Shown here: in pieces, positions 60,960 to 64,000 of the stretch | Position numbering within the stretch: position 1 is the first letter of the stretch | Layout: each line of letters opens with the position of its first letter | From: Phoronis australis | Taxonomy: Eukaryota; Animalia; Phoronida | Assembly (NCBI GenBank): GCA_002633005.1 | Contig: NMRA01000595.1 | Coordinates: forward strand, 173,367-237,366 | Direction: 5' to 3' | Length of the DNA: 64,000 bases | Translations under genes and position numbers: made by a program | The notes under the pieces: model-generated | Database searches by the model: none | What the model was told of the DNA's origin: nothing | What the model saw: the letters and a program-made list of their open reading frames with translations, nothing else

Positions 60960-63900
60960 GTAATTTATCATAAATTTGCACATACCGCGCATGCTTTATG
61001 CAAAAGTGTCTCAATACCGCTTCTTACAGACATGCTGCGCATGCTCAAAAATAGTGAAAGCTTTCTCCCCAAACACAGTGGTGTCCAGCGAACACAAAAC
61101 AAATGTTTTCATGTTCATTAAAACGCTCTAGAAACCATTGCAATATCAAAGAACAACACTTTGTGCACAATATTAGGAAAGGGTGAACACGATGTACTTT
61201 TTAGCAATGATGCTACTGTAGGAAGATATTGATAATTGTTTTTTCTTGAATTTTACTTATTACACTTGATTACCATTCTGTCCAACGTGGCTCACTCGTC
61301 GTCTGCTGTAATTAAAATTCTGTCGTCATATGACGCATAAAACGGAGCCACGACCGAACACTGCAAATGTTCACGTAAATTCAATCAAAAGACTTTCAAA
61401 TAATTTCGTAAGATTTGGAAGCGCTACATGTATATTATGTACACTCAAAGTGTGCAACTAGTGACATCAATAGAATGATATTTCAAATGTGGAACATCTC
61501 GTAAATTTACGTGAATGTTTATTGAGCATGTGCTAGCAAGTATAATGTACGACATTCAGATATATTTGAAAAATATAATCTGAATTTAATTACCTATGGA
61601 CAAGTGTCTTATAGGTCAGGACAAGTAAGTTTCACTTCTACTTGTTTAAGTGGACAAGTTGAAAAAGGTTAAGGTCGAGCTCTGGGCCGTTCATTACCTT
61701 CTGTTTTCGAATGTCCGCAAAATGAAGTTAAGTGTCTCAAATTGTTTAAAAATGTTCATTGAAGTGAATTATAGAGAAAGTATTTGAAAAGCATTTCTAC
61801 TGTTGAACATTAAAGCGGCTATGAACCCGCGTTCCGTGGCAAAAGCGAATTTTTGATTTAAGCCACCCCTGGCCAGTGAAAATAATCTCATTTTGCTTCT
61901 TACTGAGGTGCTCGTTATTGGTCTGAGATCATGTTGAGCGTGTAAATATGACTCGTTTTAGCAACCCAACTTGTTGAGGCTTGAGTGCTTCTGTAGACCT
62001 ACAGGGGTTTCTCGCGAGAAAAGCGTGGTCTTGCAAACCTTCACAAAATCACGCGAGTGAAAAGCAAGTGTTTCGCAAAAACTTACTAGAATGTTTTATC
62101 GATATTACAGCCATTGAAGTGATTGGGCGGCGAAGGGGGAGCGTTGAATTGGGATTGAATGAGTGTTTCCGTTCCGTAAGAACAGATTTTTCGCCGCAAG
62201 TGCAAGAAAATGTTTTGCTATCTACTGAGAACAACCCTATTCTCAGGCAGTCACCACCTATCTGTTCATTCGGTGCTCCAAATTCACATCCAATTTCTTT
62301 AAGGGGTATTCTGAGACCAATTTCATGTCGCATTCTGTAAGTGAAAATAATACAAGGTAGCTTTTGTGAATGCAAATGAATTTATTGACTTCCATGTTGA
62401 CTAATATCACATTCGTGTTCTTCCTTGGCATGTCGCCAATTCAAGCATGCCATTTAATACACTGTCCTAATTATCGTGCAGATGTTGAACTAAGAGTCTG
62501 GTCGCTTAATTTCCATCGTTTGGGATTTTCCAAACAGGTTACTGAAATGCCATTTAGATTTCTTTGTTTAAATCGGTACACGTCAAATTCACGAGCTCAG
62601 CGTTTTGTCACGAGGAGTGTTGTTATTTGAACAATCTAATAATTTTGCTTCACAATCATAGACGTCTTTATTTGCCGTAAACTTTTCGAATGACTCATCA
62701 GTTCTGTGGGTATTTAAAGTGGTTCATTTGCTGATTTTACAGCCACCAAAGGACGACTGAAATGTGTTTTAATTTTTGATCTGTGAAAACTTGGTATTTC
62801 GTAGCTGTTTTGATGTCAATTTTGAATTTTAACCCGAATCACCTTTGTGTTTAAGAACATTACCACTCTCATCCGATCTTGAATTGTTACCAAATGATAA
62901 TGAAACCCAATTCACATTCAATTATGCACTATTTTCGAATTCGCTATTCTAGGGTTGACCAACCCAATGAACCCTGAAGCGTTTCCTTTCGTATGTTGTG
63001 GTTCCGATGCGCTTTTTGTAACAGAAATAAAACGCTATAACGGTAAGAAACGTAATAACACCGATTTGATTTGAGGACTAGTTTGATTTTTCGTTATTTA
63101 GCCAGCTCAACCGTGCAAATGTAGCTTTTAAGTTTAACTTACTGGTGATAGATTTGAGCCCAATAAACTTCGATGCAATGCACTTGGTAATTTTGGCATT
63201 CCTGGATATGAATAAAATTATTTGTTGTAAAAGAATCAATACGACTTGTATTACCATACATTGTTTTTTTAATTTTTTTTAAAACAACTGACTAAGAGTG
63301 GAGGTCACTGTACAAGGATTTTACTGTTTTATGGCGTAATTTGGAGTGATATCGTTGACGTGTAACCGTTGTGACCACTTCTGCGAAAACTTTTATATAA
63401 AGACGATGATCGAAACATTTACAATTGTACGTGCGCTATTATCGTTAATGTTACTTGTTATTATTACTGTTATTAATATTATTGTCATTTTCGTTGCCGT
63501 TTGTTATTTGTTGTTTTATATTATTATTAGTACTGTTATTGCTTTTGTCACTACTGCCGTAACTAGTGGTATTCCAATTAGTTTCAAAGTAATTGTTACT
63601 ATTTGCGTATTTAGATGACTTTAACTGACTTCGCTAAAAAACCCAGTGTTAATTTTGTGCGTTTTAAGTATTGGTCTGTCTCAATATAGATACGTATTCC
63701 CTGTGTAAACACTCAGTCTTAAACCCACATCGGGAGTGTTTGTTCTAAAAATCAATATGTGCGTAGTTCACCGTTCTTGTTTTCTATGAATTTCGAAATA
63801 GTACTTCCACTTTCGTTTTCAATTCGCGGTACCACATGATGCAATAACCACACGTTTGCCTCTGCTGACAACAACAGAATTATTGCCAAGATTTGTCATG

Positions 63901-64000
63901 TGATGTCTGTTTGTACTCGTGACATCGTATTTAGGTCAGCCATTCCTAGCGTTTAGTCTGTTGTGCAAATCAATACGTGTACTAATGACAGGGGAATTCC

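Noticed and set aside
59533-61014. Minus-strand ORFs overlapping the NB-ARC exon
   Set aside because: Antisense shadows of the real coding frame.
63346-63618. Hydrophobic 90-aa ORF resembling a membrane protein
   Set aside because: It derives from degenerate (ATT/GTT)n low-complexity sequence.

Overview
AT-rich, intron-rich, repeat-rich eukaryotic DNA, consistent with an invertebrate animal genome (species not determinable), with short N gaps. Two multi-exon genes lie head-to-head. (1) Minus strand, about 47.6 kb to 5.3 kb: an ankyrin-repeat protein with a C-terminal FAM111-like trypsin-fold serine protease whose His/Asp/Ser triad is intact. Each ankyrin repeat is one symmetric phase 0-0 exon: an N-cap, seven cassettes inside five ~3.5 kb tandem duplications, a last repeat and a C-cap. 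The cassettes have diverged almost only by amino-acid-changing substitutions, mostly on the ankyrin binding face. Most neighbouring intron and a dead exon relic in the same duplications stay nearly identical. This resembles a naturally diversifying, DARPin-like receptor coupled to a protease. (2) Plus strand from ~57.3 kb: an NB-ARC/STAND NTPase with no visible N-terminal effector domain, probably continuing beyond the window. Introns hold two Kolobok DNA transposons (TTAA TSD, THAP, KolX), hAT- and pogo-type MITEs, palindromic elements, a hammerhead-like inverted repeat and many TACATGTA footprints. All exon calls are manual predictions with no transcript evidence.
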